A stretch of DNA of 61,887 nt, the filler included, from Stramenopiles sp. TOSAG23-3 (Eukaryota), in the NCBI GenBank assembly GCA_900128585.1. It is 17 parts of 17 records of this genome, joined end to end, with 100 filler letters (N's around TTAATTAATTAA, not from the genome) between each part and the next. Parts side by side here need not be neighbours in the genome. Positions count along the whole stretch, not along the records: positions 7,345 to 10,910 come from LT644165.1; positions 11,011 to 14,575 come from LT644166.1; positions 14,676 to 18,234 come from LT644167.1; positions 18,335 to 21,891 come from LT644168.1; positions 21,992 to 25,546 come from LT644169.1; 12 more parts are not named here. One strand, 5' to 3'. A program made the translations under genes and the position numbers. This document shows, piece after piece, positions 10,143 to 22,408 of the stretch. Position 1 is the first letter of the stretch. Every line of letters starts with the position of its first letter. The notes under the pieces are model-generated. The model saw only the letters and a program-made list of their open reading frames with translations, did not search any database and was not told the DNA's origin.

Positions 10143-10260
10143 TCTTCTTCTGGATAGCAAAATAACACTACCAAATGATTCGTACTTGATCCCGACACCA
10201 ATTGGCCGACTCTATTATTTAATCTTCTTCTGGATAGCAAAATAACACTACCAAATGATT
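10143..10260. repeat. 38-bp direct repeat pair, 80-bp period
   Basis: TCTTCTTCTGGATAGCAAAATAACACTACCAAATGATT at 10143 and 10223. Confidence 0.9.
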
Positions 10261-11010
10261 TGTACTTTGACCTAGGAGTCTTCTCGATCTTCTTTATGGA
10301 TGAAAAAGCTATATATATTGTGCACATTTTATTTATCGTGCCAATGCTACACTCATGCTAAACGACTTTCATGCAAAATGAAAACTTGATAGGTAGTTGC
10401 AAAAACGAAGTATACTCTGACTTCATACTAAGATAAAAATACAAGGCGATAACAGTAATTTATTTTGTAGTACATCAAAAACCTGGTTTACGGTATATTG
10501 ATGTCCTTTTGATAGGATAATAATCAAAACAAGAATACATTTTTTCGTAGTGAGATTCGGAACATCAAAAAGTATTACCAGAACTCCTTTCCTCGACGCA
10601 CACACCCAAGCCGTCAGGCATCCAAGACGCTACACACACAATATACTTCGTACTGCAATTACCTATACCAATAGTTACATAAAAAAGAGATGGGAAAGGC
10701 TCGCTTACAATGGCCTGATAATATACAACTAATCATCAAGAGAAGGTAGCATGTATCATCTACTCAGCATCCTGGATATTTGACATTATAGGTGTTAGAC
10801 ACGATCAATACTAAGCACAAAGCGCACTAAAATAAAATATTATCCTATCACGGTTTACACTATGAAATCTTGTACTAATCATCCTAGGAACATATCAATT
10901 CCAGCATCCGNNNNNNNNNNNNNNNNNNNNNNNNNNNNNNNNNNNNNNNNNNNNTTAATTAATTAANNNNNNNNNNNNNNNNNNNNNNNNNNNNNNNNNN
11001 NNNNNNNNNN

Positions 11011-12113
11011 GAAATGTTGCTGTAGTGGGTGGCGCTAGCGCGGCAATTGGAGGGTTTGTCGCAAGTTCTGGTGGTGCAGTGCTAATGACTACTATGTTTG
11101 GAGTAACCGGCGCTGGCCTTGGGGGCTACAAAATAAACAAACGCTTGGGCGGCCTCAACAGTTTTGAGATCCGCGAAGTCGTATATGGATCTCTTGGCAA
11201 AGAAGAGAGAGGGGCTATTCTCGAAGACAGCAAGAAGAGTACTTCTGCTGAACCGAAAAAAACTGTTTCTCTCACCATCACCATTTTGGTGAACGGCTGG
11301 GCTTATCCTGATGCCCCTGCACCCCTCAACGATGGTGGAGAAGGAAGCGATTCTAGTAGCGCTCAAGAGAAAAATGAAGCTGGTTGCTTTAGTCAAAAAA
11401 AACGAGAAGAAATCTTCAAAAGAAACATTGGGGAATCGAACGAAGGCTACATAGTAGATTTTGAGTTGGAGGATTTGAAAGCACTACATGACTCGCTGCA
11501 GACATTTGTGAAAAAAGAAGTGATAACGTATGCGGGAACAACTGCTTTGCAAAATACTGTGCTGGGGGCTATAATGGCCAGCGTGGCGTTGCCAGCTTAC
11601 ATAATAAAAGCGGCAGACGTTATAGACAATCCTTATGGTATTGCGTGTTCGAAAGCGGTCCAGGCCGGCCACGCACTGGCCAATCTACTGCTCAACCGTG
11701 AAGCTGGCAGTAGGCCGGTACAACTGTTCTCCTTCTCTCTTGGTTGCTTGACCCTGCTCTCTTGTGTCGAAAAACTTGCGGCTGCTGGTAAAAAAGGAAG
11801 AGGGATTGTAAATAATCTTGTTTTTTTGGGTGCCCCCTTTCCTAACACGGAAACGACGTGGAAAACATGCCGATCGGTTTGCTCAGGACGAATTGTAAAC
11901 TGTTTCTCAAGGAAAGACTCGGTGCTAAAATTTCTCTCACGCGTCACTTTGCAAGCATCTTTTGCTGCGGGAATTGGAGCAACAACAAGGGATCACGAAA
12001 AAATGTTTAGAATAGAAAATAGAGACGTCGACAAGTTCGGGGTAGAAGGCTGTCAGTTTATGTCGTATGCAAAACATTGGCACGAGATCCTTCAGGGTGT
12101 GCTAAAACTGTAA
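11011..12113 (+). CDS. DUF726/TMCO4-like alpha/beta-hydrolase-fold protein (5' partial)
   Basis: FGVTGAGLGGYK..KR, IDNPY..A..AG..LA, GSRPVQLFSFSLG, VFLGAP, VCSGRIVNCFS..D. Confidence 0.88.
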
Positions 12114-12413
12114 AATAAAACTTTTTTTAAGATTTAAAAAACAAAATCTATAGTATGTGTTAAGACTCTCATTTTAAATCAAATACTAATTCAAATCCAA
12201 CCCTAATCTTATCTTGATTTTTTAATTTGATTTTTAGTTTCGTTTCGTCGTGGATGATTGTCAGAAGATTTAAAATATATTCTTGTTTTTACAATATACG
12301 TAGTACACAATCATACACCTTTTAATAGTTTTTTAATTCTTTTTTACAACGAGGACTTTTGACTTTTTGAGAAGAGTAATCTACTCTTTCAACGCCTCTG
12401 CAAAGAGGGAACT

Positions 12414-14575
12414 CTATGCAAATATGGACTTGAGATCAGCCAACCTTGTTTCGCGAGCTTCCTGGGGCGTGAAGCGTTGAAGGCTCCCTTTTGCGAGCAT
12501 AATCTTTCGCTTTTGGATTTCCAAAATCCTCTCATCTACGCTATCTTTGCAGACGTATCGTACAACGCGGCACTTTTTTGTCTGTCCAATCCTATAACAA
12601 CGGTCCATGGCCTGTTCCTCACTAGCGAAATTCCACCATAGGTCCATAATAAACACATGGTTCGCAGCAGTTAGGTTCAGTCCTGTCCCACCTGCTTTTA
12701 TTGAAACAAGCATGCAGTCAAGGCGTTCTTCTGTAAACTTCTTTACTGATAACAACCGATTTTTACTAGTCATACTCCCATCAATCCGTGCGTACTTGAA
12801 GCCAGAACTCTTCAAGTAAAACCCGACTTCATCCAGAAACGACGTAAAGTTAGAAAAGATCAATGCTTTCTCCCCTGATTTCTTGACAGCATCCATTTCC
12901 TGCAAAAGTGCTTTTATTTTTATTGGGACCTGATCGAGAGCATCGTGCTCTTCCTCTTCAAAAACGTCATCTTCTCTTTCGTCAACGATCTCCTTCAGCT
13001 CTTTCGGGTCAATGACGTCGGTTGAACCAAACGGATGCCTGCAAAGTGGACAACGATGCCCATGGACGGATTGATTCGTTTTTTTAATTTGTTCGAGGCA
13101 ATCGTTGCAAAATGCATGCCCACACTGTCGAAGAATGCGCAGCAAGTTTTTCTTTGAAGACGTCAGATCTTCAAAACAAATGGCACACTCGTGGTCGGCC
13201 TCCTCGTCGTCGGCAGACAAAACTCCCTGCACTTTCTGGAAGAGCTCCTTTGCTTCCTCTTTTGATAGCTTTGTTCCGTTCAAATCTTTCATGTTTGCGA
13301 GCAAATCTTTCGCGGCTTGCAAACGCTCCGGTTTGATCAGCCGGGTCGAACAGGTAGCTTGTCTTAATCGAAGCAATAACTCCAACACTGCAGAATAATT
13401 TTGAAAAACATTATCGCCGCCGCCTAGCATCGCTGCACCAAACACTGCCTTTGCAGAGTCCATCAATGCGTCATAAACGGAGCGCTGTTCTTGAGCCATT
13501 TCAAGTGTGTGTAATTCAATTGTTCTCTCTGGCATTTTATTCGCAATGATCGATTTCGAGCGCCGAAGGCAGACACTTTTTAACAAAACCCTTAACCTGG
13601 CTAGGCCGAGTTTGTCGCCCTCCACTATCTTCCTTCCGATGGCACGCTTCCACACGGAAAAATCGCGGACAGGGTTGATCCGAAGGAATGAAAAGAGCGA
13701 CTGGAGGTCCTCTGCCTTGTTTTGTAACGGCGTGCCAGTTAGACACCATCTCACTCTTGACTTGATCGCCGCGGCGGCCCTAAATGATTTTGTATTTCTA
13801 TTTCTGATATAGTGGGCTTCGTCGAGCACTACTCTGTGCCAGGAAAGTTGGTAAAGGGTGTTGGGAGCGTTCGATTTTTTGCGCTTCTTCTTTCCGGACT
13901 TCTTCTTTTTGTCATCAAACTCACTCGCGAGGGTTCCGTATGTAGTCAGCACAATGTCGTAGGTTTTGAGAACGGCCACGTCAGTCTCACGCCCAGCTCC
14001 ATGATAAACGCAGACAGAGAAAAAATCGTCCTTTACATGCATTTCAATTTGTTGTTGCCAGGTCGTGAGTACGGAGGCGGGAGAGACGATGAGAGTCCTC
14101 TTTCTGTTCTTTCCTATGCTGCTCATGCTACTCACCATCGTGCTAATTGTTTGAATCGTCTTACCGAGGCCCATGTCATCCGCCAAGATTCCACCCCGGA
14201 TTGTTGCAGGTCGATCGTTCGTAGACGATGCAGTTATGCTGTTAAAAAATACTTTCTTTCCCCGCTCCACCTTCTCTTCCCAAAACGGCGGTAAGACTTC
14301 TTCTTCCGACCTCTCGCGCTTCACCATCCACGCAACTCCAAATTGTTGGTGCTCCATTAACGACGTTTTCATTGGCTTCAAAGATTTCATAATTTCACGC
14401 GCAGCCGTTTCGTCCATAATGTGCGCGTCCAGCTCTTCAAACATCGCGTCCAGCTCTTTCTGCGTTTTCACAGGGTCAAGGCGCCGTACAGTCTTTGTGA
14501 CATTTTGATTCCTCGGTCTAAAACCGGGCAACTTACGTTCCAGAAGTTTAAGGGTTTCTTTTTCCGCGGTGGGTG
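12414..14575 (-). CDS. RAD5/HLTF-like SNF2 helicase with RING finger (5' partial)
   Basis: GGILADDMGLGKT, VVLDEAH, CLTGTPLQN, RING C..C..CGH.FC..C..CPLCR inserted between helicase lobes, QAMDRCYRIGQ. Confidence 0.92.
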
Positions 14576-14946
14576 NNNNNNNNNNNNNNNNNNNNNNNNN
14601 NNNNNNNNNNNNNNNNNNNTTAATTAATTAANNNNNNNNNNNNNNNNNNNNNNNNNNNNNNNNNNNNNNNNNNNNATGATCCTAGGATTGGTGGGGATTC
14701 CCGCTCATAATACTAGACTAATAATTAAAAACGAGGATTTGTCCTTCTTCTTCTACCTGTACTGGGTATAATACCTGGTATAATACCAGGCTCAGGTTCA
14801 GGCCCCGGTTCCGTTCCGTACTGTCTGTACGCTCGCTACCACCAATACTAATAATATATTATAATAAATACGAGGAGTAGCAGAATGATACAGACTCAGA
14901 AGAAATAAAAAAAAAATTGTTTGTTGTTGCTGCATATTTTAATTTT

Positions 14947-17403
14947 TTACAAGAACTCTTCCGCAAAAACTTTCCGCCGGACAGCATTGGTGAAACCTTG
15001 GGTATATTTAAACAATACCCCGTGCTTTCCCCCGGCTGCAATTTTCGCACGTTTTTCGAGGTCACGGCCTTTTAACTCTGCGGACGTCCGTTTCTTGTTC
15101 AGGACCCCCGACGATGTCCCTTTCGAGGGATCGTGGGACGTGCGAACGTTCCCAGAGTTTATGTTCTCTGAATCTTCACCCAACGTTGCTGAACCACCCA
15201 TCTGGCGACTTTTGTGCGCACCTATTTCCTGCATGATGACGTTGATTTGCAAAGTCGACAGCTGCTGCCTTCGTGATTTTACCGCGTCATCCCCCTTTTT
15301 CGCAACCGGCTCTTGATTCTCGTACTTTGTCAAGATGTGAAGTGGAGGCTCTAAAGTCATCCGTCTTCCATAGCTATTGTCATCATGCGAGTACCTGTAC
15401 GTCAAATTTGTCTGAACCATGAGAGAAACGACGCTCTGTATGGCCTTCCTCTCTTCGACTGTCATGAGCGAGAGACTAACGGGCCGCACGGGCGGGGTCA
15501 AAATGTCCAAAAAGAACGGCATGACGTCTTTTACTAAACCAGCCACATTTCTAATGCCTTTCCACCGCACACCATTCGTTTCACAGAACGCCTGGAGCAT
15601 GTTCTTCTTCCTGTCTCGCTCTCGTGCCATTTCTACCTGTTCGCGAGGGTACGCCACCCTCTCCCGGAAATCGGACTTGCAAGCGTCACGGATTCCGCGA
15701 AGGGCCATTTCAAAGTATTCTCCATTTCTTGAGCGCTCCCCGATCTGCATCCACGATAAGGCCTCCAACGTTCGTTCAAAGTTTGGATCTGTATAGCGCA
15801 TCTTCAAGTAGTTCTCGTGGATTCCGTTCAGAATTCGACTCGATTCGTACTGCAGCCCTGAAAAGTTTCCCAACCCTCCCTTCTTGGAGAAAACTCCGTC
15901 CCAAACCTGAAACAGACTGGCTTTCTGATCTTTGTGGCCGACGGCGTTGCCTTCCAAGTCCTGAAGGGTCACCCTGCTCCTTTGGCACGACAGAAACTGA
16001 AGGGTGTTCAGGCACGATCGAATGTCATTGTCGGTGCGTTTGCACAGAACGCTCAAAACGTTGCCGGGGACGTGGATGCTCTCGGACCGGCAAATGTCAC
16101 GTAGGCGCTTCACCAGCCTCTCGCCCTTCGTGCTTTTGAAACTAAAGCAGTCCGCGACCCCCCGAAGGGGGCGCAAGACTGGGGCGTACTGGTCGTTGCA
16201 AATGCATATGATGGGCCGCGTTATGATGGTAGCATCTTTCGCAGACTCCCCCTTCACCGTCGCCTTGATCATTTTCACGATGGTGTCTATCGCGCTGCGC
16301 GATTCCCCCCTTCCGTTCGCCGCCCCGTCGATTTCGTCTAGAATGATGCAGTTCGGCTTTTTGTTCCCGAACATCGATTTCATCTGCATGGCGTCGACGA
16401 TTCGGCGGCGAAGGGCTTTCCCCGTGCGCTCATCGCTGGCGTTTATTTCGATGGGGTTGTACCCTGCGTGGACGGCCGCCACGTGCGCCAGCGTGGTCTT
16501 TCCCGCGCCGGGCGGGCCACTCAGAAGGATCACTTTGGCCGGCGGCCGGTTTGAAAATTTGTTCTGGTTGAAGCTTCCCGGGAAGGGCGGCTTGCCTTGG
16601 CCGGCCGCCCCGACCATTCCAAACCGGGGCGCTTTCCCATTCACCAAGTTCCTGTCGTTCTTCATCTTTTGATGCTCCTGCCTCAAACGCTCGCGTTTCG
16701 GAAAGACCACTTTGTCCCACGTCTTGATCCAGCCCAAGACCTTCCGGTTGATGCGCTCCGAGCTCAGCAGCTCCGAGAATGTGCTCGGGGAGTACTGGTC
16801 GACCCAGAGGGTGTTCATCACGTTTTTCTTCCTCATACGTTTCTCCTCCCGCTTCGCGACCGTGTCGGCGTCGCCCAGACCGTTCTCGCGCCAGAGCCGC
16901 TGCAGCCGGTCCACCCTGTCGTTTTCGCGGGTCATTTCGGCGATGGATTTTTCCAAGAACCCCCCTTGGCGCTGTTGGACGCGCGGGGCGTCCAAGGGTG
17001 GTGGCGCCGATTCCATGTACAAGCGCTCCCCTTCGGTAGTCGTAAAGGCCACGTACTCTTGACCGAGTGGTGGCGTGCGGTGAATTTTGAACTCGAAGTT
17101 CGCCGCGTTGTCAAGCTCCCCCCCCGCCAAGGCTTGCTTGGGGGGGTCGCCGCTCACTTTCTCGCCGTCGAGAGGCTTGGCTTTGAACCGCTTTTCTGCC
17201 TTGGTCGACGAGGGCGTGTAGGCCAGCTTTCGTTTGGACGCCTGGTCTTTTCCTGGGGCGGGCGCGGTCGCCACGGCATTGTCCCCTCCCACCGTATCCC
17301 CGTGGAATATTTCGTCCATGATATCGTTCTCTGCTTCCATCGCAGCGAGAGCCTGCCGCTCCATTTCGGCTTCAAACTCATACGGGTCAAATTCTGGGTC
17401 CAT
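14947..17403 (-). CDS. CTF18: Chromosome transmission fidelity protein 18 (RFC-like clamp loader)
   Basis: LWVDQYSP..F.ELLS.E.INR, GPPGAGKTTLAH, EINASDER, IILDEIDG, RPIICICND, C-terminal FKYTQGFTNAVRR. Confidence 0.95.
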   Translation of the reverse strand: MDPEFDPYEFEAEMERQALAAMEAENDIMDEIFHGDTVGGDNAVATAPAPGKDQASKRKLAYTPSSTKAEKRFKAKPLDGEKVSGDPPKQALAGGELDNAANFEFKIHRTPPLGQEYVAFTTTEGERLYMESAPPPLDAPRVQQRQGGFLEKSIAEMTRENDRVDRLQRLWRENGLGDADTVAKREEKRMRKKNVMNTLWVDQYSPSTFSELLSSERINRKVLGWIKTWDKVVFPKRERLRQEHQKMKNDRNLVNGKAPRFGMVGAAGQGKPPFPGSFNQNKFSNRPPAKVILLSGPPGAGKTTLAHVAAVHAGYNPIEINASDERTGKALRRRIVDAMQMKSMFGNKKPNCIILDEIDGAANGRGESRSAIDTIVKMIKATVKGESAKDATIITRPIICICNDQYAPVLRPLRGVADCFSFKSTKGERLVKRLRDICRSESIHVPGNVLSVLCKRTDNDIRSCLNTLQFLSCQRSRVTLQDLEGNAVGHKDQKASLFQVWDGVFSKKGGLGNFSGLQYESSRILNGIHENYLKMRYTDPNFERTLEALSWMQIGERSRNGEYFEMALRGIRDACKSDFRERVAYPREQVEMARERDRKKNMLQAFCETNGVRWKGIRNVAGLVKDVMPFFLDILTPPVRPVSLSLMTVEERKAIQSVVSLMVQTNLTYRYSHDDNSYGRRMTLEPPLHILTKYENQEPVAKKGDDAVKSRRQQLSTLQINVIMQEIGAHKSRQMGGSATLGEDSENINSGNVRTSHDPSKGTSSGVLNKKRTSAELKGRDLEKRAKIAAGGKHGVLFKYTQGFTNAVRRKVFAEEFL

Positions 17404-18087
17404 GACGGGGTACAAAGTGTCGTTCGGTCGGCTGAACAATATTTGCGTTCAATAAAAACCAGTGTCTTCGTACGCGTATTGACTACTTCTCTCTCTCTCT
17501 CTCTAAGTGTATTGTTTGTATAATACTTAACGACTTAAATTTGGTGATGCTATTCTTTCTGTTTCTTTCATTCTGTCCGTTCTATAGATATTGTATGCGG
17601 ATTTCTATTTTTGAATTTGAATTATCTTTTTCTTCTTCTTGTTGTTGAATAATAATAATTGAAAATAATTAATAATTAATAATCAATAATCTTCTTTCTT
17701 CTTTCTTCTATCTTATAGAGAGCTACAGTATTTTATTATTATTTTTTATAATAATAATTTTATCTTCTTTTTTTTCTACTTGCTTCTCACTACTACGTCC
17801 TCGTATAAATATTAATACCTAACTCACATACGCTGCATCCTCCTGGTAGAAATAAAACGAAGAGTATAGTGTACAAAATATTATGCTGCTATACAGGGTA
17901 TAGTATGAGGGAGGTATCTTTTTAAATGTTTTACTTTGGCGGCAAAGAAAGAGAAACAAGAGAATAATAAATAAGAAGAGAATGCAATTGCTAAGAAGAA
18001 GAGAATAAAAAGAATACATCTTCATACTGTATTTGTATAATTGTAATATATATTACCTATTTAGTTTATTCTACTATTATATCATTA

Positions 18088-18158
18088 TCTTTCTTTCTTT
18101 CTTTGGTCTCTTTCTTTCTTTCTTTCTTTCTTTCTTTGGTCTCTTTCTTTCTTTGGTC

Positions 18159-18234
<76 letters not shown>
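18088..18234. repeat. (TTTC)n microsatellite at contig end (similar tracts at 21810-21891 and 36579-36653; (TTC/GAA)n at 29103-29195 and 40040-40114)
   Basis: Visible simple repeats that coincide with assembly breaks. Confidence 0.95.
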
Positions 18235-19108
18235 NNNNNNNNNNNNNNNNNNNNNNNNNNNNNNNNNNNNNNNNNNNNTTAATTAATTAANNNNNNNNNN
18301 NNNNNNNNNNNNNNNNNNNNNNNNNNNNNNNNNNTCTTTTCCTTCTTCTCTATTCTCTCTCTTCTCTCTATTCTCTTCATATATTATTATTTGTTTTTTA
18401 TTATTTTCCCGCCATGAAGTTCTTCTTTAATAGCAATAGCATTGTTTAAATAAAAAAAATAAAAAGTCCACTGTTATGGCTATTTAAACTGTACGAAGTA
18501 TGATAGTGACAATCTAGTCATCTAGAAGTATAATATTTTAATACATTGTAGAACGACTAGACTAGTCGATTTGATTCTCGCTTCTTATTTTAGCTAAGAA
18601 GAAGAAGATATTTTATTTTAATGAAGCGAAGATTTTATGTGTGTGATAGGAATAGGGTATTTATCTAAATCTAAAAGAAAGAAAAAAAGAAAAAAAGAAA
18701 AAAATTTCCATTATTTTTTTTTCATCATTTTATTCTTCTACTAAATTTTTTAAAAAAACAGCAGATGAAATATTATTGAAGAAGACACTCTATAATATTT
18801 TTAATGCAGAAAGAATTCTTGCCTTCTTAAAGTTTTTATTTTGAAAAAATGAAAAATAAAAATCAACAAAATACCCTCTCCTTATTTAATAAAAAACCTA
18901 ATGATATAGTATGTATGTTATGTTAGTTCAATCACAGGAGCAGAGACAAATTCGCAGTATATTGAAGGGGAACGCAAACCGTTAATGGACAAAAGGAGCA
19001 GATTCAATGATGAGAAGATAAATTTCATGCATAACGTATGATATTTTTTACTCAACTAAAGCCAATTTTTTGTTTTTAATATATACTTGTCCCGCCTGTC
19101 CTCATTTC

Positions 19109-20881
19109 TCAATACCCACTGATTTGTTCCCGCATCCCAATCGCTTGGTCCGCGTTCTGTATGACGAACGAGTTCAGCTCGTCGAGCAAACGGCCGCAAT
19201 CGTCCCGGAGGGCCCGAAAGTCGGTCTCTCGGCTTTTCGTTTCGATGTACTCCCGGAGCTGAAATATATTCTGTTCGTAATGGCGCATCTTCTCGTCGAA
19301 GCCCTTGAGCGTCTTCCCCGTGTCCGACCGCTGGAGCTCCTTCTTGGACCGCTCGTACTCCGAGCTGGCCTGGCTAACCTGCCGCTTGACCTGGTCGCGG
19401 CGCTTCAAATACTCCTTCTTGGCGGTCTGGAGCTGCCGGCGGGTGTCGTCGGCGGCGTCGCGGAGGGCGTCCACGTCTTTAAAAATAACCATCTGCTCTT
19501 TCATCGACACCATCTTCTTCCTCAGCGACCCCAGCTCCAGCTCGATCTTCTTGTCCAGCTGGTCGATCTTCTCCAGCTCCGTCTGGCGCTTTCCCAACTC
19601 GGCCTCCAGGCGCTCCTGCGTGGTCTTGCTGGCCTCCAGCTGCCGCTCCTTGAAGGACAGGTCGTTCTTCATGTCGCTCGCCTCCGACCGGGTGGGCAGG
19701 TTGTCCTGGCGGTCCAGGTCCTTGCTCATGTGCTGAAGGAGCTCCTTGACGGTCACCTGGGCCTTCTTCTGGGCGTCCAGCTCCTTCTGCCTCGTCGCGG
19801 GGAACTTGTCGATGTACTGGGTCATGTCCTGGTCGCGCTGAAAGAGCACCTCGTACTTCTGCTTGTCGTTCTGGCCGTTGTTCCGCGCCTCCAGCTCGTT
19901 CTCCAGGTCGTGGAGGGAGTTGCGGTACTCCTTGTTCTCCTGCGTCAGCGCCCGCACGTGGGTGTCTAGCGAGGCGATCTTGGCGTTCGAGGCCTTGACC
20001 TTGGCGAGGAGCTTCTCCCGGGCCTCGGCGGGGTCCAGCTTGCTGGCCTCCTCCTCCTCCTTCAGGCTCTCCCGCTCCTCCGTCAGCCGCACCTTCATCC
20101 GCTCGAGCTTGTGGTGCTCGTCCCGGTACCGGTCCTCCTGGAGCTGCCCCTCGTGGAAGTGGATCTGCTTGTTCATCTGCTCCAGCTCGTGCTGCATGCC
20201 GCTGACCTGGCCGGACAGGTTCTTGTTCTTCTCGACCAGGTTCCGGTACGTCTGCTGGCGGTGGGGGTCTAGCGTCTTTATCTTCTCCTCGGCCGCCCGG
20301 TGGATGTTGTCGATCTCCCCCTCGCACTTGTGGATCAGCTGCCCGCGCTCGTTCTTCTCCTCGAACACGTTGTCGACCTCGCGGCGGAACTGACTATTTT
20401 TCTCCTTGAGCGCCATCTGGAACTGGTAGATCTCTTGGGGGTTCGTCCCGGCCCGGGTCTTGTCCATCGCAAGGTTGTAGTCCGCGAGCTGGCCCTCCAG
20501 CCCGCGGACCTCCTTGATGAACATCTCATACTTTCGCTCCAGGGTCGCGTACGTCGTGCTGTCCTTCCCGTGCTGCTCGATGGACCCCTTGTGCTTCTCC
20601 GTTTCGGCCCGAATCTCCAAACATTTGGCACGCAGCACGCTCAGCCAGTACGTGTTGTCCTGGATCTGCCGCTGCGGCCCTGCCGTCTTCATCCGCATCC
20701 CCATCAGCCCCCCCGCCTTGCTCGTAACCGGGCGGTCCGCAACTTTAACATCGTGCTCCAAACCGACCCCACTAAAGTTGACCTTTCGTTGCGCCGTGCT
20801 GAGCCGGGCCGCCGTCCCTACCGGCCGCTGGCCCGTCGGGAGGCGCCCGCCCCCATAACCTCTGCTACCTGGCCGAGACAT
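19109..20881 (-). CDS. IFT74: Intraflagellar transport protein 74
   Basis: Basic N-terminus, VADRPVT..GLMGM..GPQRQIQD..Y, LEGQLADYNL..DK, long coiled coil, C-terminal EQNIF..EYI. Confidence 0.92.
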   Translation of the reverse strand: MSRPGSRGYGGGRLPTGQRPVGTAARLSTAQRKVNFSGVGLEHDVKVADRPVTSKAGGLMGMRMKTAGPQRQIQDNTYWLSVLRAKCLEIRAETEKHKGSIEQHGKDSTTYATLERKYEMFIKEVRGLEGQLADYNLAMDKTRAGTNPQEIYQFQMALKEKNSQFRREVDNVFEEKNERGQLIHKCEGEIDNIHRAAEEKIKTLDPHRQQTYRNLVEKNKNLSGQVSGMQHELEQMNKQIHFHEGQLQEDRYRDEHHKLERMKVRLTEERESLKEEEEASKLDPAEAREKLLAKVKASNAKIASLDTHVRALTQENKEYRNSLHDLENELEARNNGQNDKQKYEVLFQRDQDMTQYIDKFPATRQKELDAQKKAQVTVKELLQHMSKDLDRQDNLPTRSEASDMKNDLSFKERQLEASKTTQERLEAELGKRQTELEKIDQLDKKIELELGSLRKKMVSMKEQMVIFKDVDALRDAADDTRRQLQTAKKEYLKRRDQVKRQVSQASSEYERSKKELQRSDTGKTLKGFDEKMRHYEQNIFQLREYIETKSRETDFRALRDDCGRLLDELNSFVIQNADQAIGMREQISGY

Positions 20882-20887
20882 TCGGGA

Positions 20888-20923
<36 letters not shown>

Positions 20924-21807
20924 AATCAAGGTAACGCGTGGGTATATTCCTGTTATCCTTCCTTATCCTTCGTTTATGCTCTTGAACGGGTGTTCGCTTG
21001 GTTCTTTGCTTGTACTTTTGATTCTTTCGATGGCCGTTTCCATGTGTCCATTGCTTTCTTCTTTTCTTTCCTTGGTGGTTCCTTGGTTCCAATCATATTA
21101 TTTTTATAATACTAAATTTTTTTTTAAAAAACATTTTCTTCTTCTATTGTATTTCTATGTTATTGAAATCAATTTCATCTGTGAAAGGACAAATTCAATA
21201 ATCCTTCATCAAATTGAATATTATTTTTAAGTACATTTATTAGATACGTAATAATAATCGTCGTTTAATGGTGTGTTTATATATGAATCATCGTATGGTT
21301 CTATGTTTGTCAACGGAGTAATAATAGGTCAATAGTAACCATTTGATGGGACAATGTTTATTTTTATTATATCTATTTAAATGTGTATACTAAATTGTAC
21401 TTATTAATGTATTTCTATGCTGTACCATTGTAAAATTGAATTTTACAATATGATTTGAAATTTAATATAGAAATAGTATTATATACTATGCTATTTCTAT
21501 ACTAATAAAATGGACTGGAAAACCCAATTTTTACACGGTACAATGCTATTCAATGTATTTTTGAAAAAAAAAAAAATGTTTCCTCTATACATAGAAATAA
21601 TATGGAGATGACAGTTATTAAACCAATTAATCTGTATGTACTTAATGAATACTTAAGACTACGGTATTAGAATAGAAAGATATGTTTTTTTGAAGCAGCA
21701 AGATAATGGGGAAATAATCCTTTGGTATTGCTATATATATTATATAATTAAGGATGTATTTATATATATATAAATATCATCTGTGCTGTGTGTATTCAAA
21801 TTGATTT

Positions 21808-21871
<64 letters not shown>

Positions 21872-22408
21872 TTTCTTTTTTTCTTTCTTTTNNNNNNNNN
21901 NNNNNNNNNNNNNNNNNNNNNNNNNNNNNNNNNNNTTAATTAATTAANNNNNNNNNNNNNNNNNNNNNNNNNNNNNNNNNNNNNNNNNNNNAAGCAATGA
22001 GAGCGGTTATACCGGTTTGTAAATGGTGTTGTAATTAGGGTTTTATCCCTTCTTTCTTCTTCCTTCTTGGCTCCTTATTTTAAAATAAGTCTTACTCTTC
22101 TTTCTTTTCTCTTCTCCTTCCACCTTTTTATTTTGTGTTTTACAATAAAATATATAAATATTATTATTATATATGGGGTGGGACAACGAAAAATAATAAT
22201 TATAAATAATAAACGAGAAATGTCATTGATTGAGACGACACGATTAATTAAAGGAAATTAAAATGAAATGAAAGAATTGAAAAGGACTTGTTTACGATAG
22301 CTTTTTAATTGAAGCGAACGAAGAAAGAAATCAACTTTTATGTTTTGTTTGTTTATAATTTTGTTAGGGTTCTTAATTTGATCTTCTACCGAGAGAGAGA
22401 CCAAAGGT

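Noticed and set aside
10143..10260. Repeat-spacer-repeat resembling a mini CRISPR array (also 24939-25100)
   Set aside because: Only two units or no unique spacers, no palindromic repeat, no cas genes, and a eukaryotic context.
10330..10910. Possible decayed ORF upstream of the primase
   Set aside because: Stops in all frames and no motif I can identify with confidence.
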